Of a stretch of DNA of 63,176 nt, positions 8,779 through 19,521 are shown piece after piece (positions within the stretch are counted from its first letter, which is position 1; every line of letters begins with the position of its first letter). The position numbers and the translations under genes are program-made. Source of the DNA: an uncultured Clostridiaceae bacterium (GTDB lineage: Bacteria > Bacillota > Clostridia > JAAYHZ01); contig CAZJOD010000003.1 of assembly GCA_964547525.1 (NCBI GenBank), positions 1 to 63,176 of the forward strand, in the 5' to 3' direction. The notes below the pieces were generated by a model that saw nothing but the letters and a program-made list of their open reading frames with translations, ran no database searches and was not told the DNA's origin.

Positions 8779-10443
8779 TTATACTTTTGCACCTGAATTT
8801 ATACGTGGTCTATTACACATTAAGAATCGTTCTGCGCTCCAATAAAAGTTTTCGTCTCCAATCACTTTATCCAATTCAGAGCGACGCATCATTTCCATCG
8901 CATTTCGAGGTAAACCGCAAACAGCTACATCAATTCCTTTAGCACGTAAATCTTCCACCAATTTACGTAATGTTTGCGCACATGATATGTCTATGCTCGA
9001 AACACCCCTCATAGAAAGAAGTAGAGTATCACATCCATGTACGTTATTTGCAATATTAGAAACAGCATGTGTATTTGCAAATATCATAGGACCCGTAATA
9101 TATACAACCTTTGCATTTTGATATCTCTCACGCAAAATAGGATTATCTACACCTATACGATTCATATCTACATTTTCATAATTTATTTCAATCAAAGCAA
9201 GTCGCACAACTAAGAAGATCAAACCGATTAAAACACCGATTAAAATAGCAATGGTCAGGTCGAAGATAATTGTAGCAAGCATAGTTGCTGCAAATTCAAG
9301 ACCGGCCCCCTTAAACTTATGGGTAAAGATATACTTTATAGATTCCCACTCGTTCATTTTCCAAGCAGTTACCATCAGCACTCCGGCAAGAGCGGCCAGT
9401 GGAATTTGGGATATAACCGGTGCTAGGAGAAACATAGAAATCAAAAGACCCAATGCATGAAAAATGCCGGTCAACCTGGTTTGTGCCCCTGATTTAATGG
9501 CAACACTTGTACGCGCGATTGCCGCGGTCGCAGGTATACCTCCTAAAAACGGTAATAATATATTTCCGATTCCCTGTGACACAAGCTCTTGATTGCTATT
9601 CAAACGAGTTCCTGTCATACGCTCTGCACTGGCACCACAAAGCAAGCTTTCGATCATACCCAATACTGCAATACTAATGGCAGGTGAAATCAGTGCTGTC
9701 AATACATCCGGTTTTAAGGAAGAGAGCATCAACCTGCTGTCCGGGATTAGTGTTTTAGGAATAGTTCCAACCTTTGCCACATCCAGATGCATAAAAATTG
9801 AAAACGCTGTGGCAATAAGGATACTCAATAAAGACGAAGGTACTATCTTACTCCACTTTTTTGGGAAAAAGACCATGAATAGAACAACAAATAAACCTAT
9901 ACCGACAGATGTCATATTCGGAGAGAAGCCTAACCGGCCATAACTGAATAATCTTTCAATCGCAGAACTCCCTTCGGAAACAGTATTAAAAAAATTGTCC
10001 ATTTGTCCTAATACAATAATGACGGCAATACCGGATGTAAAACCTGTGATGACCGGTGCCGGAATAAATGTGGTCAATTTACCCAGGCGCAAGATTCCTG
10101 CAATAAGCAAAATAATACCTGCAATAAAACTTGCTATAAAAACTCCCTCTATACCATACCTTGCCACAAGAGATATTAAAATTGCAGCCATAGCCCCTGT
10201 AGGGCCTGAAATCTGATAATACCCACCCGCTAAGAAACTCATGACCAGTCCCGCAATAATCGCTGTAATTAACCCCGATGCGGCACTAGCTCCACTACTG
10301 ACACCAAAAGCTAATGCAAGCGGCAAAGCGACTGCAGCAACAGTAAGTCCTGCCATAATATCCTTGGTGAGTTTTGCGCTGTTGTAGCTGTTAAATTCTT
10401 TTTTGAGTGACTCAACAAAATCACGCACCATCGAAGATTTCAT
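8779..10443 (-). CDS. SulP-family anion (sulfate/bicarbonate) permease with a C-terminal STAS domain
   Basis: Multi-pass hydrophobic core with the SulP-like GLTVAAVALPLALAFGVSSGA motif. The cytoplasmic C-terminal ~130 aa look like a STAS domain. The start is set at ATG 10443 (AGAAGGA upstream). The track ORF starts at GTG 10476. Confidence 0.8.
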   Translation of the reverse strand: MKSSMVRDFVESLKKEFNSYNSAKLTKDIMAGLTVAAVALPLALAFGVSSGASAASGLITAIIAGLVMSFLAGGYYQISGPTGAMAAILISLVARYGIEGVFIASFIAGIILLIAGILRLGKLTTFIPAPVITGFTSGIAVIIVLGQMDNFFNTVSEGSSAIERLFSYGRLGFSPNMTSVGIGLFVVLFMVFFPKKWSKIVPSSLLSILIATAFSIFMHLDVAKVGTIPKTLIPDSRLMLSSLKPDVLTALISPAISIAVLGMIESLLCGASAERMTGTRLNSNQELVSQGIGNILLPFLGGIPATAAIARTSVAIKSGAQTRLTGIFHALGLLISMFLLAPVISQIPLAALAGVLMVTAWKMNEWESIKYIFTHKFKGAGLEFAATMLATIIFDLTIAILIGVLIGLIFLVVRLALIEINYENVDMNRIGVDNPILRERYQNAKVVYITGPMIFANTHAVSNIANNVHGCDTLLLSMRGVSSIDISCAQTLRKLVEDLRAKGIDVAVCGLPRNAMEMMRRSELDKVIGDENFYWSAERFLMCNRPRINSGAKV

Positions 10444-10660
10444 ATGTATATCCTTCTCTTTTTCTGTAATTTGCACAAGGCGAAATATATCATAACAAAA
10501 TCATTATTAGTATTCAAGTGAGTGAAAAAAATTTTTTTATATCCACTTAGACCGGCCGGAACTTTAATGATTTTCGCGTAAAACTCTCATGTAGTCTAAA
10601 AATATGAATTAATATAGCCTATAAGAGAGAATTATTGTTGATGAAGGTTAAATTTGCCTT

Positions 10661-11029
10661 TTATTCTGTTATTTCATACCCTTCATTTAGTAGGATATTA
10701 ATAGCATTTTCATAGTTTTCCACTTTAGTTAATATATAATCAGTATTATATGTCGATATCGCAAATATTCCGATTTTATTTTCTGCAAGTATAGTAGAAA
10801 TTTTTGATATAACTCCTATTAGAGAAAAGTCTAAAACACCCTGAACCCTAAAAGCTTTCCATGTTTTATCAAAATTTATTGTGTTTTTTGGTATGCAATT
10901 TATACTGCATACCAGTGAAATTTCTTCATCCGTTTTTCCTATAAAATAAAAATCATCCATATAATCAATTTCTGACAAATCTTCAACTTTGCATATAGCC
11001 AATTCGTTTTTTATTTTCAATAATTCCAC
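10661..11029 (-). CDS. Small ACT-domain-like protein
   Basis: 122 aa. The overall pattern resembles stand-alone ACT_7-type proteins. GTG start with AGAGGAGAA RBS. A TGGTATAAT extended -10 lies at 11080-11088. Confidence 0.45.
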   Translation of the reverse strand: MELLKIKNELAICKVEDLSEIDYMDDFYFIGKTDEEISLVCSINCIPKNTINFDKTWKAFRVQGVLDFSLIGVISKISTILAENKIGIFAISTYNTDYILTKVENYENAINILLNEGYEITE

Positions 11030-11194
11030 TATAGTTCTCCTCTAAATCCGGATATTCATAAAATTACTCTTTTTTAAGCATTATACCAAAGATATCAATA
11101 TTTTCTCCACTAAAGTCAAGTTGATATCCTTTTTTGTATAAACTGTACCAACCGCCATACGTTCTCTCATACCAAATAAAGCAAAAGACACGTT

Positions 11195-14173
11195 CTATTC
11201 AATCAGAAACAGTTTTTGTTTTTCTTCATAAGTAAGTTCTCTGCCGTTCAACTGTCTTTCTGCCTCACTAAACAGCATACCTACATCGTATGCCGGTATA
11301 ATAATAACTTTATCATCATAGATAAACAATAAATTTTCTAAAAGAGGATCTGCAGTACTAAAGTTGTTCAGGTCAGCTACCTTTTTATTAGTCTCGTTAT
11401 TCCATAAAACTGCTTTCCCAAAATTCCATGCGGTTATAAACCGGGTGTTATCCCTACTGAACAAGATAGTACGAAGCGTTCCGGGGAATCCCTCCAGCTC
11501 CATGATTAAAGATCCGGTATTTACACTATATCTTCTAATTACATAGTTTACAAGTTCAACAAAAAGAGTGTCGCCGGTGGAATCAAACAAAGCCGTTCGA
11601 GCCGGTACTCCACCAAGCGGGATGATGTTTACAACATCAAATGTATTGACATCTACTATGTCAATAGCACCTGTTTTATAGACACATGCCATTTTTTCAC
11701 CATCCGGGCTTATAGCAACATTGATCAAATCATCAGGAAGTTCATATATCAGATTCCCTGTTGCTATATCAAAAACAAATGCTTTATTTATTGTAATCAA
11801 GAGTATTCTTCGATTATCATGAAAAAATAAAATTGATTTGCTATATTGACTTATACTGGAAACTATTTCCTTATCAATCGTTGCTTGAACGGCAATACTT
11901 AAATCGGAAGTATTCAGAATAATATAACCGTCGTCTTTCAGAATACAGAGCAATGACTTATCAGCGTTGAAAAACGAATAATAAGGAGGGTAATCCCATG
12001 CTTTATACCTGACCACGTTCAGCGAATCGGCATCATAAAGTATTACACCATCCTCGTTTACCAGCAGTATGAATCGGTCATTGTTGACAAAGCCGATATT
12101 GAAAAGGATTACCTCGTTTTGCAAAGTTCCAATGAAGCTCTTACTTTCCATATCCCATACATCGGGGGTACCCCTATAAGATTTTTCCAGTGCGAGTAAC
12201 TTCTTGCCATCTGATGAGTAATAGGCATCGCAGTATGGTCGTATTGTAGGCAGAACCATTCCAAGGTTTGTGATGTGTCTGAGAATATTAACATTAACAG
12301 AATAGTCCATGGTGGCAACCAGAATATCCAAGCCTCCATCCAAACCGGCAATAGCGCCGTCCAATAAAATTCTATGATCCGGAACCTCTGCCAAATTATT
12401 TGCTTCGAGGGTATAGATGGTCCCATAGTTTGTTGACAATAGAATATGTTTGCCTACAAAGACACAGCCTGTAATCTTGTCCTCACCGGTAAAAGTACTT
12501 TTAACCTTTCTATTTCCTATATCAAGATGATTTATTGTCGTCTCATTACAATAGAGGAGATCGTTCCCATCCGGCATAAAATGTAGTAGGTTTACGGTAG
12601 TATGGCTATTTATGTTATACAGGGTTTCCATGTTTTTCAGGTCGAAAATTTCCAAGGTATTTCCTTCATGGCCACGTGAGGAAACGGCAATCAAACCGGC
12701 ATCGGACTGTGCAACAGCCTCTATATTGTAATGTACTGCCTTTAAAATGCTAACGAGATTTTTACTGTCCAAGTTAAAAACAAAAATATGTCCTTGGTCT
12801 GTTCCTGCAAACAATGTCTCACTTTCATTGTCAAATGATACAAAAGGAAAATAATTATACCCAAGTGAATCTAAATCATTATTTGAAGGGGAGAAACAAA
12901 AGAGTTCTTCTCCGTTTATGGTATCCAGAACGGTTATGGATTTACCTGCTATGGCCAGTTTGTTTTTGTCCGGACTCAGTGCCGTATCAAAATAACCTGT
13001 ATAGTGCCATAGCACCTCAAATGAATTGTTAATATCAAAACAATAGATATCATTGTTTGAGCAGACAATGATACTGTTAGCATCCCTGAAATAAATATCG
13101 GTCATAGACAGAACGGCACCATCCAGGTAGAGTTTATCGATTAACTCACCATGCTCCGCATCCCAAACATAAAGATAATAATCGGTTGCAAGGGTGATAA
13201 CTCTTTGATTATCAGGGCTTGCCAGAGCCTTTATAATATTTGACTTGTGTTTAAGAACAAGATCAGGTACAAAACAATTCTCCGTGTTATACACCATTAA
13301 CGCCCGGCTTAGCGCATACTCTCCTTCCTCCATATATGGGCGCTCGGGATTGGCAAAGTTTTTCGGCAGAGCCTCCCTAGCTACCATGATAGCCATTCTT
13401 CTATCTCCAATCTCCATCATTCGAGTTGAAACATCAGAAAGATAGAGAGATTGGCTTGTGAGGGTTTTTTGTACCTGCTCCTTCAAGAGCTCGGATTGCT
13501 TTTTTATTTGAAATGCCTGAAAAGCACTGAAGGATCCAAAGATCAAGAAGAAAAGGCAAAAGGCTATTGATACGGTAATAAATTTTTTAATGAATTGCTC
13601 CCGGTTTCTCTGTCTCAGGTCGTCGAAGCTGCAATTTAACATGGGTGCTAAAAGACGAAGCTTTTCAATTTTTAATTTTTTTTTCATACCGGGGACACCG
13701 GTATTGCGGATATCTGCAGCTAACGGTTCCAATTCTTCCGATGTTTCTGAGACAGATCCGTCAGGTCGGGTGAATTCTTTTTTTATGTATCTCAGACAAT
13801 TGGGAAAAGATTCATGGGGCTCACCTTCAATCAGCAACGTAAGTATTCTTTGGTGACCATGGAGTGATGAGAAGGTTTCTATCTCTTTTTGTACCCACTG
13901 AGACAACGGTGTTCTTGGTGAGCAGATAACAATTAGGTATTCTGAGTTTTCCAGCGCTTGACGAATATCATCGGCCAGATTAGGTGAGGTGGGAAGCTCG
14001 TCCCTGTCCCGGAAGATGCGTCCTATCTTTTTTGATCCGCCTTTTTTTCGGATGGCATTCGGAATCTTAAAGCTCTCCAGCTTTCTATGTAAGTTCTTCG
14101 CTATGCTTATATCGGGTTCAGTATGCCGATAGCTGATAAAAGCTGCATACTTCATGTCTTTTGAATCAATCAT
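11195..14173 (-). CDS. TIR domain - single transmembrane helix - WD40/PD40-like beta-propeller protein
   Basis: aa 8-135 carry TIR hallmarks (AAFISYRH, FRDRDELP, EYLIVICSP, SQWVQKEIE). A hydrophobic segment spans aa ~198-221 (FITVSIAFCLFFLIFGSFSAFQAF). About 770 aa of propeller-type repeats follow (ASPDNQRVITLATDYYLYVWD, ALSPDKNKLAIAGKSITVLD, AISPDGEKMACVYKTGAIDIVD). Confidence 0.8.
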   Translation of the reverse strand: MIDSKDMKYAAFISYRHTEPDISIAKNLHRKLESFKIPNAIRKKGGSKKIGRIFRDRDELPTSPNLADDIRQALENSEYLIVICSPRTPLSQWVQKEIETFSSLHGHQRILTLLIEGEPHESFPNCLRYIKKEFTRPDGSVSETSEELEPLAADIRNTGVPGMKKKLKIEKLRLLAPMLNCSFDDLRQRNREQFIKKFITVSIAFCLFFLIFGSFSAFQAFQIKKQSELLKEQVQKTLTSQSLYLSDVSTRMMEIGDRRMAIMVAREALPKNFANPERPYMEEGEYALSRALMVYNTENCFVPDLVLKHKSNIIKALASPDNQRVITLATDYYLYVWDAEHGELIDKLYLDGAVLSMTDIYFRDANSIIVCSNNDIYCFDINNSFEVLWHYTGYFDTALSPDKNKLAIAGKSITVLDTINGEELFCFSPSNNDLDSLGYNYFPFVSFDNESETLFAGTDQGHIFVFNLDSKNLVSILKAVHYNIEAVAQSDAGLIAVSSRGHEGNTLEIFDLKNMETLYNINSHTTVNLLHFMPDGNDLLYCNETTINHLDIGNRKVKSTFTGEDKITGCVFVGKHILLSTNYGTIYTLEANNLAEVPDHRILLDGAIAGLDGGLDILVATMDYSVNVNILRHITNLGMVLPTIRPYCDAYYSSDGKKLLALEKSYRGTPDVWDMESKSFIGTLQNEVILFNIGFVNNDRFILLVNEDGVILYDADSLNVVRYKAWDYPPYYSFFNADKSLLCILKDDGYIILNTSDLSIAVQATIDKEIVSSISQYSKSILFFHDNRRILLITINKAFVFDIATGNLIYELPDDLINVAISPDGEKMACVYKTGAIDIVDVNTFDVVNIIPLGGVPARTALFDSTGDTLFVELVNYVIRRYSVNTGSLIMELEGFPGTLRTILFSRDNTRFITAWNFGKAVLWNNETNKKVADLNNFSTADPLLENLLFIYDDKVIIIPAYDVGMLFSEAERQLNGRELTYEEKQKLFLIE

Positions 14174-14383
14174 CCAAATACCTCAAAAATAACATTCATT
14201 TAATAATGATACCTGACTTATGTTTTTTAGTCAACAACTCCAATATTTACTATAATAACAAATCTAAAATACTTATATTTCCTTTGTTTTTTACTGTCTT
14301 CCCCCTTACCACAAAAAAGGAGGGGTGTTAATGCATCACTGAGTATGGAAACCTTATAAACAAAGTCTATAATACCGATCTGC

Positions 14384-14412
14384 TTGCATTCAAATTATTC
14401 AAATGATAAAAT
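14384..14412 (+). promoter_or_regulatory. Candidate sigma-A promoter for the permease/amidohydrolase unit
   Basis: TTGCAT (14384-14389), a 17-nt spacer, then TAAAAT (14407-14412) with TG two nt upstream (extended -10). It lies 41 nt upstream of the GTG start. Confidence 0.35.
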
Positions 14413-14452
14413 AAAAATAAAAAGGGATGCTTTTTGATACGAGGAGGTTGTC

Positions 14453-15616
14453 GTGGACAATACTAAAAAGAAACTGACCTTTTTCGAAGCTACAAGCATA
14501 ATTACGGGCTATGGTATTGGAGGCGGTGTAATGGCGGTACCCTACCTTGCTTCACGCAATGGGGTATTCCCCGCACTACTAATCATGGCTGCAGCATTTG
14601 CCGTTAGTATATTGCTTCACTTGATGATTGCCGAGATATGCTCGGGAAAAAACGAGCCCAGACAGATATTGGAGATATTCAGGAAATACATATTTAAAGG
14701 AAAGCATGCTAATGTGCTAACGTGGTTTTTTTTCGGACTAATCCTCACAACTATGTTGGCGAATTTGGCAGCTTATGTGTCGGGAGCAGGTGAAATCCTT
14801 ACAAACTTGACCGGTATGCCACTTATGTTTTCACAGATCATTTTTTATCTCATCTCAGCCGGTATTGTGTTTTTTGGTCTAAAGGTTCTGGGAATCAGCG
14901 AAAAAATAGCTGTGCTTGGGATTGTTATTATCTTGACAGTTCTCACAATTGCCTCGTTTAATGTACCGTTTAATAACTTGCCCATGAAACCGGGTTCTCC
15001 AAATGCCGCTCTTGCCTTCTTTGGAATGATTATGTTTAGCTTTGCCGCCTTCTTTTCGGTTCCCCAGGCCGTTGAAGGTCTTCAAGGAGACACAAGAAAA
15101 ATAAAACTGTCAGTTATTTGTGGTATCGGAATCAATTTGGTTTTTATATTGGTTATCACCTTCATTTCACTTTTAGTTTCACAGGAAGTGACAGAGGTAG
15201 CCATCATAGGCTGGTCTGCAGCTGTGGGTGGTTGGGCAAATATATTGGGGTCCATTTTTATTTTACTTGCCATGGTGACTACATACTGGTCCATTTCGTT
15301 TGCTCTGGCCGTTATTGTAAAAGAAAGAATTTCTACAGGAACTCGCTTATCATGGCTGATTGCGACTCTACCTTCACTTGTGCCGGTACTGCTTGGAATG
15401 TCTGATTTCCTCGGGTTCATGCGTATGGCAGGCGGTAGTATCGCCATTTTAATTGCAGTTCTTGTGATACCTACCTACCGGGCATCGAGAAAAGCACATA
15501 TATGGGAATTTGATTACAAAATGACCTTGGGTTTGTTTGGTACAGCCCCTTTTCAGATTTTAGTCGTTATCGGTTATTTATTAATGATGGTTGGCTCGAT
15601 TATTCCACTGGAATAA
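14453..15616 (+). CDS. Amino-acid permease (aromatic amino acid / HAAAP-like family)
   Basis: ~11 hydrophobic segments. The N-terminal motif TGYGIGGGVMAVPY resembles Trp/Tyr-permease-type transporters. GTG start after GAGGAGG. Confidence 0.6.
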   Translation: MDNTKKKLTFFEATSIITGYGIGGGVMAVPYLASRNGVFPALLIMAAAFAVSILLHLMIAEICSGKNEPRQILEIFRKYIFKGKHANVLTWFFFGLILTTMLANLAAYVSGAGEILTNLTGMPLMFSQIIFYLISAGIVFFGLKVLGISEKIAVLGIVIILTVLTIASFNVPFNNLPMKPGSPNAALAFFGMIMFSFAAFFSVPQAVEGLQGDTRKIKLSVICGIGINLVFILVITFISLLVSQEVTEVAIIGWSAAVGGWANILGSIFILLAMVTTYWSISFALAVIVKERISTGTRLSWLIATLPSLVPVLLGMSDFLGFMRMAGGSIAILIAVLVIPTYRASRKAHIWEFDYKMTLGLFGTAPFQILVVIGYLLMMVGSIIPLE

Positions 15617-15637
15617 TTTTTAGTGAGGTGATTAATT

Positions 15638-17302
15638 TTGGCTATTTATGATCATTTAGTAGTAAATGCCGTTATCTATTCCCTTGAACGCGAAGGCGAG
15701 TATTTCTCAGCTATGGCCATAAAAAAGGGAAGAGTGGCGGCATTGTTCAAAGATCCCCCTGAACATGGATTAAAAATCGCAAAGAAGGTCACCGATGCAA
15801 AAGGTGGAATTATTATCCCCGGATTGATAGACAGCCATTTTCATTTTATGGCGACTGCTGCTCTGCAAGAGATGGCTTTAAATATTTCAGAGGTTTGCGA
15901 CGGTATACTTGAGCCACACAACCTTGCGGGAGTCGCAGAAAAAATACGAAAATTTGCATCACGTATAAAACCGTCACTTCCCATACTCTGTTTTAACTAT
16001 ATCATTGCTTCTATCCATGAGGACAGGCTTCCAATACGCGAGGAACTCGACAATTGGTTTCCCGGACGTATTGTTATAATAATCAGCATGGATGGGCATA
16101 GCAGTGCCTATTCGGGTGAAGCCCTCAAACATATTGGCATTACAGATAATGACCACAACGGAATTTTTTCAGGAGAGGACCATGATATGAACCTTGGCCG
16201 AATCAATGACCTGGTGATAAAAAGTTTGTCTCTTCCACTTCTGATTTCAGGTGTTAGGAAGGTCGTAAATGATGCAATTCACAATGGAATTGTAGGAATA
16301 CATTGCCTTGAAGGATTTGAAGATAGCAAGCATGATATGTCACTTCGGTTCTTAAGCCGGTTTGGCGGTATTCTTCCCCTATATTTGAGACTATACATAC
16401 AATACCGTAATCCCGCTAAAGTATTACCTTTTATCAAAAAATTAACTTACCCACGTATAGGTGGTTGTAATGCATGGGAGATGGACGGTTCTATCGGTTC
16501 GAGGACGGCATCCTTTTACGAACCGTATGCAGATCAGCCTCAAAATTATGGAAAATGCTATTACTCACCTGAGGAGGTTGAGCGGTATGTATTTGCAGCT
16601 CACGAAAAGGGATTTCAGATTACTTCCCATGCAATCGGGACAAGAGGAATAGAAAACATATTATCAGCCTATGAAAAGGCACTTTTGGTAGGTAAGATAC
16701 CGGTATCATCCCATTCGGATAATAAGAAGGCCGACTATTATAACCCATATAGACACAGGATAGACCATTTTGAATTTCCGACACGAGAACAGACGGCTCG
16801 TGCCTTGCACTGCGGACTGGTAATCACCACCCAACCGGGTTATTCATGGATGGACGAGACCTTTCAAAAGGCTTATCGAAAATATCTAACACCGGAACAA
16901 TTCCACCGCCAAATTCCACTTAAGTCCATCATGGAGCAAGGTGGTATTTTATGCGGTTCATCAGACAGTCCTATCCAACACTTGAATCCCTTTATTCAAA
17001 TTCACGGAATGGTAAATTTTCCAATTCCCACAGAACGCCTGTCTGTTTTTGAAGCATTGTGTACCTATACTATCAATGGTGCTTATGCCACCTTCGAGGA
17101 ACATGATCGTGGATCTCTTAAGGTTGGCAAACAGGCCGATTTCATTATCCTTGACAAGGACCCGTTTACCATTTCCCCAAATCGTCTATCGGATCTGAAA
17201 GTCCGTGCAACATATATAAAAGGTCGGAAAATGGAGGATTTAAAAATGAGCGTAATATCGTTACTGATACGAAAGCTCTTTCTGCCTTCTCGAAAATTAT
17301 AG
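15638..17302 (+). CDS. Amidohydrolase-family (amidohydrolase_3-like) metal-dependent hydrolase
   Basis: PGLIDSHFHF metal-binding HxH motif, HRIDHFE, GSSDSP and a C-terminal ADFIILDKDPF. TTG start after GAGGTGA. Confidence 0.75.
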   Translation: MAIYDHLVVNAVIYSLEREGEYFSAMAIKKGRVAALFKDPPEHGLKIAKKVTDAKGGIIIPGLIDSHFHFMATAALQEMALNISEVCDGILEPHNLAGVAEKIRKFASRIKPSLPILCFNYIIASIHEDRLPIREELDNWFPGRIVIIISMDGHSSAYSGEALKHIGITDNDHNGIFSGEDHDMNLGRINDLVIKSLSLPLLISGVRKVVNDAIHNGIVGIHCLEGFEDSKHDMSLRFLSRFGGILPLYLRLYIQYRNPAKVLPFIKKLTYPRIGGCNAWEMDGSIGSRTASFYEPYADQPQNYGKCYYSPEEVERYVFAAHEKGFQITSHAIGTRGIENILSAYEKALLVGKIPVSSHSDNKKADYYNPYRHRIDHFEFPTREQTARALHCGLVITTQPGYSWMDETFQKAYRKYLTPEQFHRQIPLKSIMEQGGILCGSSDSPIQHLNPFIQIHGMVNFPIPTERLSVFEALCTYTINGAYATFEEHDRGSLKVGKQADFIILDKDPFTISPNRLSDLKVRATYIKGRKMEDLKMSVISLLIRKLFLPSRKL

Positions 17303-17353
17303 TATATTCTTTTACATAATTAGATGTATGTTATTAAATGGAGGAAAAAATAA

Positions 17354-17587
17354 ATGCTAAACACACATTTTTGTACATGTACAAATCATCAATGTAGATT
17401 ACATCCATGCAATCAAGATAACGGTTGTGACGGTTGCATAAAAGCGAATCTTGAAAGTGGTGATATACCGAAATGCTTCTTTGTAGCCGTATCAGAAACG
17501 GGTGCAAAAGAAGTCACTGACTTTTCTTATAATAGTTTTGCCTGCTTTGTAAAAAAGTACAATAAACAGCGGGAACAAGGTCAGTGA
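17354..17587 (+). CDS. Small cysteine-rich protein (DUF6485-like)
   Basis: 77 aa with CTCTNHQCRLHPCNQDNGCDGCI...KCFF. GGAGGA RBS. Confidence 0.5.
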   Translation: MLNTHFCTCTNHQCRLHPCNQDNGCDGCIKANLESGDIPKCFFVAVSETGAKEVTDFSYNSFACFVKKYNKQREQGQ

Positions 17588-17804
17588 TATTTACAGCGAT
17601 AAGGATTACAGGTATAACTTGTTGATAAAATTGAGTGGGAAACACCCACCTCTAAGCATAATGTAGAAGATAAAGTGTGGTTCAATAGTACTTACAGCAT
17701 TACCATACACATTATGCTATTATCCGGTATAATATAATAAACTTTACAGAGAAATCAGAGTTATCAGTTTGAAATTTTGGTAACCGTTTATAATGAGGAT
17801 TTAT

Positions 17805-18485
17805 ATGAGAATGATTAAAATCCATAGATTAGGTAGAATGGATTACGGAGAAGCATTAAATATTCAAGAGCAATTACTCAAGAAAAGACAAACAGGTCAG
17901 ATTTGCGATACTCTGATTATTGTGGAGCATCCCCCCGTAATAACAATTGGTATAAGGGGGAAAACTAATAATATTCTCGTATCTGATGAATTTCTTAAAG
18001 AAAATAAAGTACAAAAATATTTTATAAACAGAGGTGGCGATGTAACATATCATGGTCCCGGTCAAATAGTAGGATACCCTATTATCAACTTACAAGATCA
18101 TGGTAAAAATATTAAGGAATTTGTTTGGAATATAGAAGAGGTGTTTATTAGACTTTTAGATAATGAGTTTGGGATTAAAGCTTATCGGGAAGATAAAAAA
18201 TATACAGGTGTTTGGGTAGGTGATTCTAAAGTAACCGCTATAGGTATTGCAGTTAAAAAATGGGTTACTATGCACGGTTTTGCATTTAACGTAAATACCG
18301 AACTTGAACATTTTAAATGGATAAACCCCTGTGGAATAACTGATAAAAGCGTAACTTCAGTTCAAAAACTTATAGGACATGAGTTAGATATTTTAAACAT
18401 GAAAGAACTTGTCATTAAATATTTCTGTTGCATTTTTGGATATGAAAATATTACGGAGGAAGGTTATGATAACAAAGAAGCCTGA
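17805..18485 (+). CDS. lipB: Lipoyl(octanoyl) transferase LipB
   Basis: [18 protein letters not shown] and [20 protein letters not shown] motifs. The start is uncertain (ATG at 17793, 17805 or 17811). GAGGA precedes 17805. Confidence 0.85.
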   Translation: MRMIKIHRLGRMDYGEALNIQEQLLKKRQTGQICDTLIIVEHPPVITIGIRGKTNNILVSDEFLKENKVQKYFINRGGDVTYHGPGQIVGYPIINLQDHGKNIKEFVWNIEEVFIRLLDNEFGIKAYREDKKYTGVWVGDSKVTAIGIAVKKWVTMHGFAFNVNTELEHFKWINPCGITDKSVTSVQKLIGHELDILNMKELVIKYFCCIFGYENITEEGYDNKEA

Positions 18486-19323
18486 TTGGTTAAAAATAAG
18501 GATTATACGAACTGCAGAATTCGCACAAGTTGAAGAAATAATAAATCGTTTATCTTTAAATACAGTATGTGTTGAAGCGAATTGCCCTAACCGAATGGAA
18601 TGCTTTTGTAAAAAAACCGCCACTTTTATGATTTTAGGGCGTAAGTGCACTCGAAATTGTACATTCTGCAATGTTGAAAAAAATATTCCGGATATTATTT
18701 GTAATGAAGAACCTATTCATGTAGCGGAGGCAGTTAAGGAATTGGGTTTAAAACATGTGGTGATTACATCAGTTACTAGAGACGATTTACCGGATGGTGG
18801 GGCAGAACATTTTGCACATACAATAACTAAAATTCGGGAGTCTTCCCCTGATATTGGAATAGAAGTATTGATTCCTGATTTTAAAGGAGATTTAAGTTCT
18901 TTAATGAAAGTCATTAAGGCTAAACCGGATATAATTAATCATAACATTGAAACAGTTCCCCGACTTTATAATGAAGTACGACCTATGGCGAATTATGACA
19001 GATCCCTACAATTATTAAAGAGAGTAAAAAATTCGGATGTAAATATATTTACCAAATCGGGTATCATGATAGGTTTAGGTGAAACAGAAGATGAAGTTAT
19101 TCAAGTATTTGAAGACCTGAGAAAATCTGAATGTGATTTTCTAACTGTAGGTCAATATTTAGCACCATCTAAAAAACATCACCCGGTTATAGAATATAAA
19201 CATCCTAATATTTTTGCCAAGTATAAAATTATTGCTGAAAATATGGGATTTAAATATGTTACATCCGGTCCTTTCGTGAGAAGCTCTTACCAAGCGGAAA
19301 AATTTATTGAAAAAAATACTTAA
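18466..19323 (+). CDS. lipA: Lipoyl synthase LipA (radical SAM)
   Basis: CEEANCPN-like [13 protein letters not shown] motif plus a CTRNCTFC radical-SAM cluster. The start is moved to ATG 18466 ([10 protein letters not shown]) behind GGAGGAAGG. It overlaps the lipB end by 20 nt. Confidence 0.9.
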   Translation: MITKKPDWLKIRIIRTAEFAQVEEIINRLSLNTVCVEANCPNRMECFCKKTATFMILGRKCTRNCTFCNVEKNIPDIICNEEPIHVAEAVKELGLKHVVITSVTRDDLPDGGAEHFAHTITKIRESSPDIGIEVLIPDFKGDLSSLMKVIKAKPDIINHNIETVPRLYNEVRPMANYDRSLQLLKRVKNSDVNIFTKSGIMIGLGETEDEVIQVFEDLRKSECDFLTVGQYLAPSKKHHPVIEYKHPNIFAKYKIIAENMGFKYVTSGPFVRSSYQAEKFIEKNT

Positions 19324-19521
19324 AACTGCACAACTACATTTGCGAATTGATATATTCTTAATCTTTCACTAGCCTTACAATGAACGAGGTGTATAAGAAA
19401 AGACCTGACTAAATATATTTATAGTGCCATCATCACTCTTTTCTTCTTTTACCCGTTTTCGACATAAAAATAAGTGTGTTTTTCTTAATATAATAAATAT
19501 AAATTTAATCTTCGTTTTCAG

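Noticed and set aside
9593-9943. 116-aa plus-strand ORF, and similar ORFs from the track: 957..1193, 3269..3505, 7320..7526, 12814..13032, 34738..35043, 38677..39090, 39355..39723, 51176..51541, 53836..54222 and 57912..58214
   Set aside because: They lie antisense to or inside well-supported genes with clear family motifs. They have no RBS and low-complexity translations. Such ORFs are typical shadow ORFs in AT-rich DNA.
12109-12426. Same-strand out-of-frame ORFs nested in larger genes: 12109..12426 in the TIR gene, 3127..3438, 25415..25633, 39726..39995 and 60616..60951
   Set aside because: They are alternative frames of confidently called CDSs, and their translations carry no motifs.
17660-17735. 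10-bp inverted repeat agcataatgt...acattatgct with a ~45-nt loop between the DUF6485-like gene and lipB
   Set aside because: It has no terminator T-tract and no match to a riboswitch or leader class I recognise. It would need covariation evidence.
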